This document shows positions 39,909 to 49,855 of a stretch of DNA of 64,000 nucleotides, piece after piece. The stretch comes from an uncultured Candidatus Saccharibacteria bacterium. GTDB taxonomy: Bacteria > Patescibacteriota > Saccharimonadia > UBA4664 > CAZJNH01. The position numbers were made by a program, and so were the translations under genes. Within the stretch, counting starts at the first letter, position 1, and each line of letters starts with the position of its first letter. The stretch lies in NCBI GenBank assembly GCA_964547425.1, contig CAZJNH010000002.1, positions 1,028 through 65,027 of the forward strand. The letters run 5' to 3'. The notes under the pieces are model-generated. The model was not told the origin of the DNA. It saw only the letters and a list, made by a program, of their open reading frames with translations, and searched no databases.

Positions 39909-40616
39909 ATGGTGTCAGTTATTATTCCGGCCTATAACGAAGCCGATGACCTACCCAAATGCTTGGACAGTTTAACCAAGCAACTAACCCGGCACCAATT
40001 CGAGGTTGTGGTAGTTGATAATGCATCGACCGATCAAACAAAAGCCGCCGCGATTACTTATAAAGCTAAGCTAAAGCTCAAAGTCATTGAAGAGGCTCGG
40101 ACGGGGCGAGGGGCAGCGAGAGCGGCTGGGTTTGCCGCCTCCGAAGGCCGAATTTTACTATCAACCGACGCTGACACTATCTTGCCACCGAACTGGGTCG
40201 ACTCGTTGGTAGATACGCTCGATTCTCATCCTGACTGGGTGGCGTTAAGTGGAACCTGCCGCATAATCGACCAAAGCTTGCTGGTTAACGGCTTTTTTAA
40301 TTGGTTCCAGCCGTTTTCGATGCGGGTGTTTCGTTTGTTGTTTGGGCATTACTGGCTAACAGGTTCGAATTTTGCTATTCGTAGCGATATTTACAAGAGG
40401 TCAGGTGGTTTCAATCCTAAAATTCCAGACCTCGAAGATCACGACCTTGCTTTCAAGGTAAGAAAACTGGGCAGGATAGGATTTTTGAGGCGACCAGCGG
40501 TCATTACCTCCGGAGAACGTTACCATCAAGGATTATTCCGTGGATTGGGTGAATACGTTCGCGCGTTCAATAGCCGGTTCTTGTTTAAGCGCAAACGGCC
40601 GTATAGCCGGGATTAA
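39909..40616 (+). CDS. glycosyltransferase family 2
   Basis: VIIPAYNE, VVDNASTD, DAD, GSNFA, ED.DL. Confidence 0.92.
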   Translation: MVSVIIPAYNEADDLPKCLDSLTKQLTRHQFEVVVVDNASTDQTKAAAITYKAKLKLKVIEEARTGRGAARAAGFAASEGRILLSTDADTILPPNWVDSLVDTLDSHPDWVALSGTCRIIDQSLLVNGFFNWFQPFSMRVFRLLFGHYWLTGSNFAIRSDIYKRSGGFNPKIPDLEDHDLAFKVRKLGRIGFLRRPAVITSGERYHQGLFRGLGEYVRAFNSRFLFKRKRPYSRD

Positions 40617-41425
40617 TTGAGAGCTTTATAGATCGCGCTTGAGAGTTTGGCGAAGCTAGAGAAGGAGTTTGCTGGGTTAGTCCACGGGCCGGACAAAACG
40701 ACGATCAGATAATCGGTTTTGGAGCCGTAAACTATGCCGGCGTCGTGCATTAGGCCGCCGAGGTCGCCGGTTTTGTGTGCGATGGTCGTGCCGCCGGGTA
40801 AACCGAGAGGTAGGCGATTATTGACGCGTTGCGCTTTGAGTAAATTGGTCAGGATCTTGGTGCTCGATGGGCTAAGGAGCGTGCCGGCATAAAGTTTCTC
40901 GTAAAATTTTGCCACGTCGCCGGCCGAAGTGTGGAGGTTGTATTTATCGAGCGAGGTCGAACTAAAGCCCAACTGCTCCAGGCGGGCGTTTTGGTTACTC
41001 CATCCCAGTCTTGATCCAAGAGTTTCTCCGCACTGATTGCTCGAGACTGTGATCATCGGGTTTAGGCAGCCAATGACCGAACCAAGCTGGATTTGTCCTT
41101 GGTCGACCCGTTCCAAAATTCCTTGTGCCACGAACAGTTTATAGAGGCTGGCGCTGGTGAATTGCTGGTCGGCGTTGTGTGAAGCCGCGGCACCGGTTTT
41201 AAGATCCTCGATGACGATGCCATAAGAGACTGGTTGGGTGGATAAAAACCCGTCGACCGCCTGCTGTAAATTTTGGCTCTGAGCGGTACTATCCGTGGAA
41301 TCACTGGAGGATAGAGGTTGTACGGCGGCACTCAAACTGCCAATACCAATCAGAACCGTGGCTGCTACAATCGCGCTGGCTGCGACCACAACAAAAATCC
41401 GTGCTCGACCTCGACTCTCTAGCAT
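40613..41425 (-). CDS. class A beta-lactamase-like serine hydrolase (membrane-anchored)
   Basis: SASLYK (SxxK), MI..SSN, HKTG, HDAGIV. Confidence 0.88.
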   Translation of the reverse strand: MLESRGRARIFVVVAASAIVAATVLIGIGSLSAAVQPLSSSDSTDSTAQSQNLQQAVDGFLSTQPVSYGIVIEDLKTGAAASHNADQQFTSASLYKLFVAQGILERVDQGQIQLGSVIGCLNPMITVSSNQCGETLGSRLGWSNQNARLEQLGFSSTSLDKYNLHTSAGDVAKFYEKLYAGTLLSPSSTKILTNLLKAQRVNNRLPLGLPGGTTIAHKTGDLGGLMHDAGIVYGSKTDYLIVVLSGPWTNPANSFSSFAKLSSAIYKALN

Positions 41426-41501
41426 AAGCGTTATTATACCCCTTGTCCGCCTTCGTTGACATTTTTAACGGTAAGAGTAGAGTATTGTCACTCGAATTCC
41501 T

Positions 41502-42137
41502 TTGACACAAGGAGAGAACGTGCGACGGGTGTGGGTATCGTTGCTTCTGGCGGCTTGCTTTTCGCTCGTGATTGAGGCTCCGGCGGGCTCGGAATCGGTG
41601 CAAGCTGTGGTTTCGCATCGGATTGTGGTGCCTCGATCTGCCCTGCTGGGGTATTTGCCGCTCCGGCCGCCGGATCCGATCTACAGCCATTTGCCGGCGC
41701 AAAGGGCCGGAAAGATGGTAGTTGTAGATATCTCGGACTTCATGCTCTATGAGCTGGTGGACGGGATTATCGTCAAACGGCTACAAATTTCGACCGGTTT
41801 CGGCGGTCCATTCCGTGAACTTCACCGCCTGCCGGGCGGCCAATACGAATTGGAAACCGGCCACGCCGACACGCACAGAGGGGCGTTTGAGGCGCACCGC
41901 CAAAAAGTCGATGGCTACGACGGGGAGCTGCTGCATATGGGTCCAGGCGGGACCTACACCAGCAAACTCGGAGTGATGAGTTGGCCGGTTTGGTTTTACG
42001 GCACCATCGACGCCATTCACGGCGAGGATGTACCGAACTACAACGCCTCGCATGGATGTGTTCGGATCCCCTGGCAAGAAGCTAAGCCGTTCTACGATTG
42101 GACGCCCGACGGGACGCCGATCGTCGTTCAGCAGTAA
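41502..42137 (+). CDS. L,D-transpeptidase (YkuD) family protein
   Basis: VVVDIS, ISTG, AIHG..SHGCVR, GTPIVV; start may be GTG 41519. Confidence 0.88.
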   Translation: MTQGENVRRVWVSLLLAACFSLVIEAPAGSESVQAVVSHRIVVPRSALLGYLPLRPPDPIYSHLPAQRAGKMVVVDISDFMLYELVDGIIVKRLQISTGFGGPFRELHRLPGGQYELETGHADTHRGAFEAHRQKVDGYDGELLHMGPGGTYTSKLGVMSWPVWFYGTIDAIHGEDVPNYNASHGCVRIPWQEAKPFYDWTPDGTPIVVQQ

Positions 42138-42145
42138 GGTTTTCG

Positions 42146-42177
42146 AAGTCCCCGGTCAAAAGATGGCCGGGGACTTT
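42146..42177. terminator. intrinsic terminator
   Basis: aagtccccggtca..tggccggggactt. Confidence 0.6.
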
Positions 42178-42201
42178 AATATTGAGTGCTAGAATTAAAA
42201 C

Positions 42202-42782
<581 letters not shown>

Positions 42783-42789
<7 letters not shown>

Positions 42790-42865
42790 CTCAAATTATT
42801 GCTAAAACATGTATTTTTCTAACCTGTTAAGGGTGTAACCCTTAACAGGTTAGTCGATTACAAGG
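42783..42865. repeat. REP/REPIN-like hairpin, RAYT-2 family copy B (overlaps RAYT-2 stop)
   Basis: aatttgactcaaatt..catgta..ctaacctgttaagggtgtaacccttaacaggttag..tacaagg. Confidence 0.85.
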
Positions 42866-43461
42866 TTTCCTAGTAACGGTTTAGAGTCTCGGATTAAACC
42901 CTCATGGAAGTCAGAAAACTCCATAGAGCCTGAAAACAGGCTAAGAACATCGATATGCTTCAACCACCGTGGAGCATGTCCTAACACGAAATAACGGTAG
43001 CTTGAATACGGGTATCGCAGGTAGCTCAACCTGATAGTTTGGGGATTTAGATGGATGTAACGGGTCAAGTGCATAATTTGCTCGTCTGATTCTGCGAGAA
43101 CCGCTTTATATGTCCCCTGAAACAAACTCCCGACGCGGTTGTGCCTCGTATTGAAATACATTGCATATTTGGTCCCAATAGATTTCATTAACTTCGTAAT
43201 ACCTTCAGCCGTGTTTTGCCTGACGAGCAAATGAAAATGATTGGGCATCAAGCAATACGCTAAAAGATCGATTTCTTTACTTAGTTCCGGCAAGTTGTCG
43301 GGCCGTTTTTTTTGATCCGGGTCCAAATAAAGTTTCAGATAGCCTAGAAACACTCGATAATCTTGGTCGTCCATGAAGATATCACGTTTTTCAACACCTC
43401 GGTTGTAGATGTGGTAGTACCCGCCCTCTTGATATTGCTTGATAGTATTACGGCTTGGCAT
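42850..43461 (-). mobile_element. REP-associated tyrosine transposase RAYT-2
   Basis: YHIYNRG, YCLMPNHFHL, LFQGTYKA, YIHLNP, YPYSSY; hairpin repeats on both sides. Confidence 0.9.
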
Positions 43462-43477
43462 CGGTGTATCAATATAA

Positions 43478-43535
43478 CGTGTATTTTCCTAACCTGTAAA
43501 GGGTTACACCCTTAACAGATGGGTGAAATACAAGG
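43478..43535. repeat. REP/REPIN-like hairpin, RAYT-2 family copy C
   Basis: gtgtattttcctaacctgtaaagggttacacccttaacagatgggtgaaatacaagg. Confidence 0.85.
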
Positions 43536-43832
43536 TTAGGTTTTGTGGCTTTGGTAAAGCCCAATTAGGGCACCAAAAATTACTGAAAAAGCGAAGTAAG
43601 GGATAAGGCTGGGGAGATAGGTGATGCTGCCGGCGTAGCCCTTGTCGGTTAGGATTTTGCCTAGCTCAATTAGCCGTAGAGGGCCAAGCCGAACGGTGAC
43701 GACGAGTGAATCCGCGTTTATGAAGCGGCGCGCGTACCAAAGAGTTAGCCCAAGCAGCAACATTGATGCAGCGATAAGTGCTTTGCCGGTCCAGCTGGCA
43801 ACTTGGTTTTGGGATTTAGTACGGTCTAACAT
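43536..43832 (-). CDS. small two-TM membrane protein (candidate immunity/accessory)
   Basis: two hydrophobic helices; ATG 43832 overlaps end of permease. Confidence 0.6.
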   Translation of the reverse strand: MLDRTKSQNQVASWTGKALIAASMLLLGLTLWYARRFINADSLVVTVRLGPLRLIELGKILTDKGYAGSITYLPSLIPYFAFSVIFGALIGLYQSHKT

Positions 43833-45156
43833 GCCTTGGATTCCTCCAAACAAAATTATTTCTGATCCGCTCGATTAAAAAACAAAGCCCAAATAGGGTC
43901 ACAGCGAGAACTGCATACCCTAGCGTGGTCTGCTGCGGCGCTAAAACGGAGGATAATTTTGGTAGCCCGATCAGTAACGACACGCACAAGCTAGCGCTTA
44001 ATAATTGCCCCGACACGTCGCGCCCGCCGGTGACCAGGGACTCCGAAACCGCCAGACCAACCGCTGAGCTAAACAACATCAAGACCACAAACTTCATACC
44101 GATAAATCCGTCGTTGGACAAAGCGATCACGGCAAATCCGATTGGTGCTGTGGCAAGCATTGATAGTAGGGTGACTGTAAGCAATTGTGTCCGCATAAAT
44201 CGGACAACGCCGTAGAGCCCGGTGATTTCCGGCGGTTTAAATTTTTTAACGGCTCCTCTTGCGTCCGTCGCGAACGCACTGGCAAGTACCGCCGCGACTA
44301 TCAAGAAGACTCCGCCATCACCGACAGCGGTTTGATGATATAACGCGGATATGGCGACCAAACTACTTAGCGCGATCGTTACCGCAAAAGCCCCGGCGAT
44401 GCGCCGATGACGTAACAGTTTCGCGAAGTACCAGTGTCGATTCGAGCTATAAGATAACGTTTTTGTTTGCAGGTTTTGCTCCTGCTGGAGGCGCTCGGTT
44501 AAGCCATAAACGCTAATTACTAACCACACAACCGGAATTACCAAGATTAAGGCTGCCGCGGAGTACCAGGCCAAGCTTGGCTGCCCTTCGAAATAAGCGA
44601 TGATTATCTTTTTTAACAACAAAATCTCATCTGCCGCGATTAAGCCCGCCAAACCAAGCCGTAATGCCAACTTCGAACTAGGTTGGTAACTAGCAAGCCC
44701 AAACCCTGAAATGAGTCCGATCCCGACAGCGCCGACTACTTGTCCGGTAGGTAGGCCGAGATTAGCCACAACTAGCCAGAGAGGCTGAATAATCAGGACC
44801 AGAAGCAAACAGCCAAGAATAATTCCAGGGGCGTTAATGACTAGCCATCGCCGCACCGGGCCAATCGGTAGCGCAACCATCAACCGTGCTAAAGCTGACC
44901 GGCTAGGCAGAATGGCTTGGCCCATCAGCAAGCTTATTCCCGCCAGCAGCTGCACGCCCACGGTGATCACCACTAGCCACCACCATTTCGGCAGGCCGGG
45001 ATACAGCGGCAGCTGACGCAGAGCCGGCACCATCAAGCCGGTGAAAGCTAGGAGCAACGCCACTAATGCCACTAACCGAACCCTGGCTTTGCGCAGCAAT
45101 GGCCCTTTATCCCGCCCGAACGTCGTCACCAAACCAAGTTTAGTAAATTCAAACAC
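43816..45156 (-). CDS. putative ABC exporter permease (about 12 TMs)
   Basis: highly hydrophobic, L..LPI motif after TM2, coupled to ABC ATPase. Confidence 0.75.
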   Translation of the reverse strand: MFEFTKLGLVTTFGRDKGPLLRKARVRLVALVALLLAFTGLMVPALRQLPLYPGLPKWWWLVVITVGVQLLAGISLLMGQAILPSRSALARLMVALPIGPVRRWLVINAPGIILGCLLLVLIIQPLWLVVANLGLPTGQVVGAVGIGLISGFGLASYQPSSKLALRLGLAGLIAADEILLLKKIIIAYFEGQPSLAWYSAAALILVIPVVWLVISVYGLTERLQQEQNLQTKTLSYSSNRHWYFAKLLRHRRIAGAFAVTIALSSLVAISALYHQTAVGDGGVFLIVAAVLASAFATDARGAVKKFKPPEITGLYGVVRFMRTQLLTVTLLSMLATAPIGFAVIALSNDGFIGMKFVVLMLFSSAVGLAVSESLVTGGRDVSGQLLSASLCVSLLIGLPKLSSVLAPQQTTLGYAVLAVTLFGLCFLIERIRNNFVWRNPRHVRPY

Positions 45157-45883
45157 CGGCGGCCGCCAGCTTCAAAAACAGCCGCTCTAGACTGCCAAAC
45201 CGCCTGACCAGCTCTTGTTTGCGCCCCTTAATCGCTACTTCGCCGTCATTTAGCAGCAAAATCTCATCGGCGACACGCTCCGCCCACCATAGGTCATGGG
45301 TCGCGGCGACAATAGAGGCGCCCCGCTTAGCTTCATCCCGAATTAATTTTTCAGCCGCGATGATTGCCAGTGGATCCAAACCGTTGCGCAACTCGTCAAC
45401 AACAATCACCGCTGGTGAGTGCATTAACCCCGCGATAATCTGGACCTTCTTTTTGTTTCCATGGCTTAAGCTTTCAAGAGCTTGATCCCACGAGGAAAAA
45501 TACAATCGGGCGGCCAGCTTCTCAGTTAACCCGTCTTGAACCTTACGACCTGCGTCCTCATATACTTTGCCAAGCAGCCTAAAGTACTCGCGTGCCGTTA
45601 GCTCAGCTACGAACCAGCTGTCGTCGTCGGGTATAAAACCAAGCGAGGCCTTGGTTTGCCGCAGATTATGGCTGAGTGTTTGGCCGCCCAACTTAACTTC
45701 TCCTCGGTCCGGCTTAGTCAGCCCAGCCAATGTTTCAAGCAAAGTAGTCTTGCCGCTGCCGTTCGGACCGGTGACGCTAAGTATTCGCCCTGGGAGCACT
45801 TCGAGGCTATCGATGACCAACTTAAAATTCCGGCCGCGTTTAACCTCAAGAGATTCCAGCTGCAGTGCCGGCTTTAGGCCCAT
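45149..45883 (-). CDS. ABC transporter ATP-binding protein
   Basis: GPNGSGKTT, LSHGNKKK, VVDE..NGLDP, ATH; likely start MGLKP at 45883. Confidence 0.93.
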   Translation of the reverse strand: MGLKPALQLESLEVKRGRNFKLVIDSLEVLPGRILSVTGPNGSGKTTLLETLAGLTKPDRGEVKLGGQTLSHNLRQTKASLGFIPDDDSWFVAELTAREYFRLLGKVYEDAGRKVQDGLTEKLAARLYFSSWDQALESLSHGNKKKVQIIAGLMHSPAVIVVDELRNGLDPLAIIAAEKLIRDEAKRGASIVAATHDLWWAERVADEILLLNDGEVAIKGRKQELVRRFGSLERLFLKLAAAGV

Positions 45884-46686
45884 CGCGATCTCCCAATCTT
45901 GACTAGCGTCAGCCCATCTCCATACCATGGGAGCCAGCTCGCCGCGTGCGTCAAACCAATCAATATTCCGTAAGTTGGAATTGCGCTATCGATCAATCCT
46001 CCGGCCCGGCCAAACGCAATCGCGGTTAGTCCTCCCAATAAAGGACATAGCAGAGCCGAAAACAGCTCTTTGCGAGGGGGAAGTTCGGGATGCACGACGC
46101 CTAGCCTTAGCCCCTGCTGCAAAACACTCGAGCGCCGGCCGCTCCACGTGGCAATTAAAACGTGGAAATATTCATGCACGATCAGGCTAATCAGGATCAT
46201 CACTAGCGACGCTCCGGTAATAGCGATGAACTTTGCCATAGCGAATAACCCGCTGCCATTCGCTAGCAGCAACAAAATTGGCCAGCTAAGCCATATCCAA
46301 CCGGTTGCCCGCAAAGTTGCCACCGTCACCGACCTCAAACCGCCCGGCCGTCGATAACTAAGCTTCGGCAACCTCATACCCTGGAATATCCAGAGCACTC
46401 GACTTAGCTCTTGCTTGATAGCTCCAGCCCAGCCGCGTTTAACCCTGAGCGCTCCGGTATGGTTCAAAAAACTCAAAACCTCAGCCAGCTGCTCATCCTT
46501 TAGCCCGGATTTCGCTAACCAGCTAGAGTAGGAGATTGAACTCCGTAAGAGTTTCAACGCTCGGTAGGCCTGTTTGTTGATCTGGTGATTTGCGTCCAGA
46601 GTCACATCAACCAGATAATATTTAGTTAGGATAAATTCGTTGGAGAGCGACAAGGTGTCGCCCTCCAACAGATACGGTTGTGGCAT
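45874..46686 (-). CDS. M50-like intramembrane metalloprotease with N-terminal RRE/PqqD-like winged-helix domain
   Basis: HEYFH in TM, CP..G, WLP..GDG; N-terminal beta strands then IN..A...L.LL and V..FL...GAL helices. Confidence 0.7.
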   Translation of the reverse strand: MPQPYLLEGDTLSLSNEFILTKYYLVDVTLDANHQINKQAYRALKLLRSSISYSSWLAKSGLKDEQLAEVLSFLNHTGALRVKRGWAGAIKQELSRVLWIFQGMRLPKLSYRRPGGLRSVTVATLRATGWIWLSWPILLLLANGSGLFAMAKFIAITGASLVMILISLIVHEYFHVLIATWSGRRSSVLQQGLRLGVVHPELPPRKELFSALLCPLLGGLTAIAFGRAGGLIDSAIPTYGILIGLTHAASWLPWYGDGLTLVKIGRSRWA

Positions 46687-46694
46687 ATTCTAAC

Positions 46695-46889
46695 TTAGTT
46701 GCAGTAGAAGATGACGCGTCCGCGGAGCCAGTCGACCGCGAGCTGTTTGGTCCGGTGCCAACCGCAAATGAACACCGAAACCGCTGCCGCGCCGCCGATG
46801 GCCAAAATCCAGACCAAGGCGACCACGATAATGGCCACCTCTTTTGTGCTGTAGTTGACTGAAGAGTCGGCCACAATTAGTGAGTTCAC
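46695..46889 (-). CDS. 64-aa hydrophobic two-Cys peptide, candidate RiPP/bacteriocin precursor
   Basis: SD-like AAGGGGG before GTG; polar leader, hydrophobic helix, cationic C..C segment; first gene of protease-ABC operon. Confidence 0.7.
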   Translation of the reverse strand: MNSLIVADSSVNYSTKEVAIIVVALVWILAIGGAAAVSVFICGWHRTKQLAVDWLRGRVIFYCN

Positions 46890-46922
46890 TAAGCTTCCCC
46901 CTTAAATTAATATGCGATTTCG

Positions 46923-46952
46923 TTTATACGAAATGCTTGCTCGGCTTGTCAA
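46923..46952 (-). promoter_or_regulatory. candidate promoter of peptide operon
   Basis: minus strand TTGACA-18 bp-TATAAA. Confidence 0.5.
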
Positions 46953-47083
46953 TAACTTTTTGGTTATTTCTCCAAATAGAAAATACATACTTGTTATGTT
47001 ACACAAGTTCAAGTTTTTTTGGAGCCGTGTTATCGTGGTCGTATTGTTCGTTGTCGCGAAAAAAATAACCAGTAGGAGGGTAC

Positions 47084-47641
47084 ATGCTAAAAGAAATTAT
47101 TAATGAAACATCCGAAGCTGTTGTTGCGGCCGTCAAAGGTGTCGACGACATTTTAGGGGCGGTCACCGGCACCGTTAAGCACCAAGTGACCAGCGTACTC
47201 AAAGGCACCGGTGAGGTTTCGGGCAGCGGGATCGACGCGGTGGCTTCGGTTGCCAGCGGTGCGATTCAAGGGGCAGGCAAGGTTGGAGCCTCGTTGACCG
47301 AAGTCGTTAGCGGTACTATGCATGGTGTGGTTGGCGCGGCCAGCCAGGCTGGCAGTGATGTTACTGACGCAGTCCGCGGTGCAGCGACCGGTGTGGTCCA
47401 GGGTACCGCCGAGGTCGGCGGAGATGTTGGCGGCGCTGCCGTTTCGGCGGTTGAAGGCGCGATCAAGGCGGCCGGTGACGTGGGTGCTGATACCGGCGAA
47501 GCCGCTACGGCCGCGGTCGGCGGCGCGATGAAGGCCGCTACTACAGTTGGCGGCGATGCGGCTGGTAAAGTCCGTGAGGCCCTGCTTTCCGCGGCCGCTC
47601 TGCCCCGCGACACTATCGAAGCAGCTCTAAAAGGCAGTTAG
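47084..47641 (+). CDS. Ala/Gly/Val-rich amphipathic repeat protein
   Basis: SD AGGAGG; repeated AV.GA..AA..VG units; terminator follows. Confidence 0.7.
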   Translation: MLKEIINETSEAVVAAVKGVDDILGAVTGTVKHQVTSVLKGTGEVSGSGIDAVASVASGAIQGAGKVGASLTEVVSGTMHGVVGAASQAGSDVTDAVRGAATGVVQGTAEVGGDVGGAAVSAVEGAIKAAGDVGADTGEAATAAVGGAMKAATTVGGDAAGKVREALLSAAALPRDTIEAALKGS

Positions 47642-47667
47642 CTTTTTAGCAGTAAAATTCGAACACT

Positions 47668-47701
47668 AAAAAAAAAGCCCGACGAATTGTCGGGCTTTTT
47701 T
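47668..47701. terminator. bidirectional intrinsic terminator
   Basis: aaaaaaagcccgac-gaatt-gtcgggctttttt. Confidence 0.8.
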
Positions 47702-47769
47702 GTTTAGGCATCAGAGGGGTTTGGGACCGCCCGCCGAATTGGCGAACGGTCCCTGATCCCATGGTTGTG

Positions 47770-48009
47770 CTAGAACCGCACGATCAGCCAGTGGGCGACG
47801 TACGCGAGACCCGTGAGGGCCACGACGTTGAACCCGAGGCTGACGAGCTTGCTACTCACCGAGTTGGCGGTGTCGACGGCCTTCTCCGCGAGAGCGGAGC
47901 CGGCGTCGGTCGCCTTGGTGACGAGGTCGGTGCCTGTCCCTACTACTTCATCGATCATCTCGCGACCGGTGTGGAGGACAGCCACTGCAGCGTTTCCGCT
48001 AGCTTCCAT
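47770..48009 (-). CDS. small hypothetical protein with C-terminal TM
   Basis: AAGGAGGTG SD before MEASGN; track ORF over-extended. Confidence 0.6.
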   Translation of the reverse strand: MEASGNAAVAVLHTGREMIDEVVGTGTDLVTKATDAGSALAEKAVDTANSVSSKLVSLGFNVVALTGLAYVAHWLIVRF

Positions 48010-48183
48010 GTGTTTCACCTCCTTTGAGGTGTGAGGATGTAAATCAGAACGGTATAAATCTCTGGATGCCACAACCAAGTCGTTCTAAAGTGCTTACGCT
48101 TAGTTGTTAGCAACCATATTACCATAATAGTTTTGATTTGTCAAGTACTTGTAAGGTCGATTTCTATCTGGAAAAAGACGAAT

Positions 48184-48582
48184 TTAGGGCTTTTTGGTCG
48201 ATTTTAGGCTGTTTTTGATGGCTTTTAGCTCCTCCATCTGCTGGTCCTGTAAATTGGCCAAGTGTGTCAAAGTTTCGTGATCGGTTTCGGCTTTGGCGTC
48301 GTTTTGGGCCTGGATTTTGTTCTGGCTGCGCTGAAGTGCCGGCAACGCCCACCACTGGATCCAGCTACCGGAGATCACCCCTAGAGTAATCTTGACCCCT
48401 GAAGGCGCCCGCAGTACCAAAAGCGGCACGATTAGTGCCACGTCAAACAGTAATACCGACGCCAAAATATGGTTAGTAATCCAGGTTAAAACTGCGTCGT
48501 TAGCCCGCAGAGCCGCGTTTTGCTTGGCCTTCGCGGCTTTAATTAGCTCTTTAGGATGCCGAACCTTAGGATGGCTATTCAT
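48184..48582 (-). CDS. membrane hypothetical protein (DUF1003-like topology)
   Basis: two TMs then WIQWWALP..Q..AKAETDH coiled tail; likely start MNSHP. Confidence 0.6.
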   Translation of the reverse strand: MNSHPKVRHPKELIKAAKAKQNAALRANDAVLTWITNHILASVLLFDVALIVPLLVLRAPSGVKITLGVISGSWIQWWALPALQRSQNKIQAQNDAKAETDHETLTHLANLQDQQMEELKAIKNSLKSTKKP

Positions 48583-48973
48583 TGCGGGAAAGGCCCCAGC
48601 CGTAAATCGATACGGCCAGCACAAACCCCAGCGCCATCACAAACGACCATGCATCTTGCTGGGTAGCCACAAACCGCTCGCCTCCGAGCCAAGCGGTCAA
48701 AATCCCGGCCAATCCTAGGCTTGCCGGAAGCTTCCAGTGCTCCAATTTGTTTTTATACACCCTAATAATAAAGACGATGCCGCCAATTAACAGCGCGGTA
48801 CCGAGCAGGACATGAAGCATAATCAGCCAGTTATGCCGAGCGAAGGCCCAATTGGCGTTCGGGTCGGCGTTCTCGGGGAAACTCACAAACAAATTAATAT
48901 AGATACCGAGCAGAAATTGGACCGCTAGGCCGATCTTGAGCCCATTAGCCTGTTTTTCGATACCTTTTTTCAT
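48575..48973 (-). CDS. four-TM membrane protein
   Basis: QFLLGIYINLFV.FP, H..LG, S..MALGF. Confidence 0.7.
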   Translation of the reverse strand: MKKGIEKQANGLKIGLAVQFLLGIYINLFVSFPENADPNANWAFARHNWLIMLHVLLGTALLIGGIVFIIRVYKNKLEHWKLPASLGLAGILTAWLGGERFVATQQDAWSFVMALGFVLAVSIYGWGLSRNE

Positions 48974-48985
48974 ATCTAAATAGTA

Positions 48986-49372
48986 CTACCGTTTCTGAAT
49001 TTTGCGCCAGCCGCCTGCCCGGTTGTTTTTAATGATGGCCTTGAATAGTTCCAGCAACGCCGGTTCGTTCAATTTATCGCCTTCATAAACCTGGATCGCC
49101 CGTGCCGTTAAATTTCCGTGACCCTGGTTGATGATATGGTGCGGATCCGGCGCGATCGGATCATAAATAAAGATATTAACGTGGTCTTTGGCACCCAAAA
49201 GCGCGCAAATATTGCCGCTGAGCGTAAAGTACGGCCGGTTACTGCGCTTAATCGCTTCTACAACGTCCGGATCCGCTCCGTGCACTAATTTCCGCACTTG
49301 CCGGCAAATCTTCTGCTGCCAATCAGGAAGTGAGGCGATGTATTTATCGACCCGTAGATCGTGTTTGCTCAT
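48986..49372 (-). CDS. DUF1801/YdhG family protein
   Basis: VDKYI..LP.WQQ.I...VR.LV....P...E.IK...PYF. Confidence 0.85.
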   Translation of the reverse strand: MSKHDLRVDKYIASLPDWQQKICRQVRKLVHGADPDVVEAIKRSNRPYFTLSGNICALLGAKDHVNIFIYDPIAPDPHHIINQGHGNLTARAIQVYEGDKLNEPALLELFKAIIKNNRAGGWRKIQKR

Positions 49373-49401
49373 AACATCATGGTATCAAGTAGAATGGCTA
49401 A

Positions 49402-49668
49402 ATGAGCACGTTTTGGAGTAAATTCTGGCGCGACAAGCATGGCAATGTAGCGGTATGGCAAACGCCCAATATACCGCTGATTGGCTGGGCGGCCTGTATT
49501 GTGCTGTTGGTAGTTGTAAAATCCGGCGGTGCCCACCAATTGCTAACTTTCCTGCGGACTGCGTTTATCTTTACCTGGGCCTATCTGGAACTAACTGACG
49601 GCTCATGCTATTTCCGCCGTCTGCTAGGCGCAATCGTCCTGGCTTCGATCATAATTTCTCACTTCTAG
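49402..49668 (+). CDS. small membrane protein
   Basis: G.V.VWQ.PN.PL, WA..EL..G..YFRR.LG. Confidence 0.7.
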   Translation: MSTFWSKFWRDKHGNVAVWQTPNIPLIGWAACIVLLVVVKSGGAHQLLTFLRTAFIFTWAYLELTDGSCYFRRLLGAIVLASIIISHF

Positions 49669-49707
49669 ACCGGCACCTTCGATTACGGTAAAATATCTCG
49701 GTTATGA

Positions 49708-49782
49708 TCGGGTGTGGCCAAGCGGTAAGGCGCCTGCCTCTGGAGCAGGAAATCGTAGGTTCGAATCCTACCACCCGAGCCA
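49708..49782 (+). tRNA. tRNA-Gln(CTG)
   Basis: TCGGGTG/CACCCGA acceptor, cctgc-ct CTG ga-gcagg, GGTTCGAATCC, GCCA end. Confidence 0.93.
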
Positions 49783-49855
49783 AAGGTTATTATTGTAATC
49801 CCCTGAAGTTGACACGAATTTGTTTCAACACTAGAGTTTAAAAAGGATTATTCTT

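Noticed and set aside
40613-41425. True antibiotic-resistance beta-lactamase
   Set aside because: SxxK and KTG are present but the class A omega-loop ExxLN is not evident; more likely a PBP-like hydrolase
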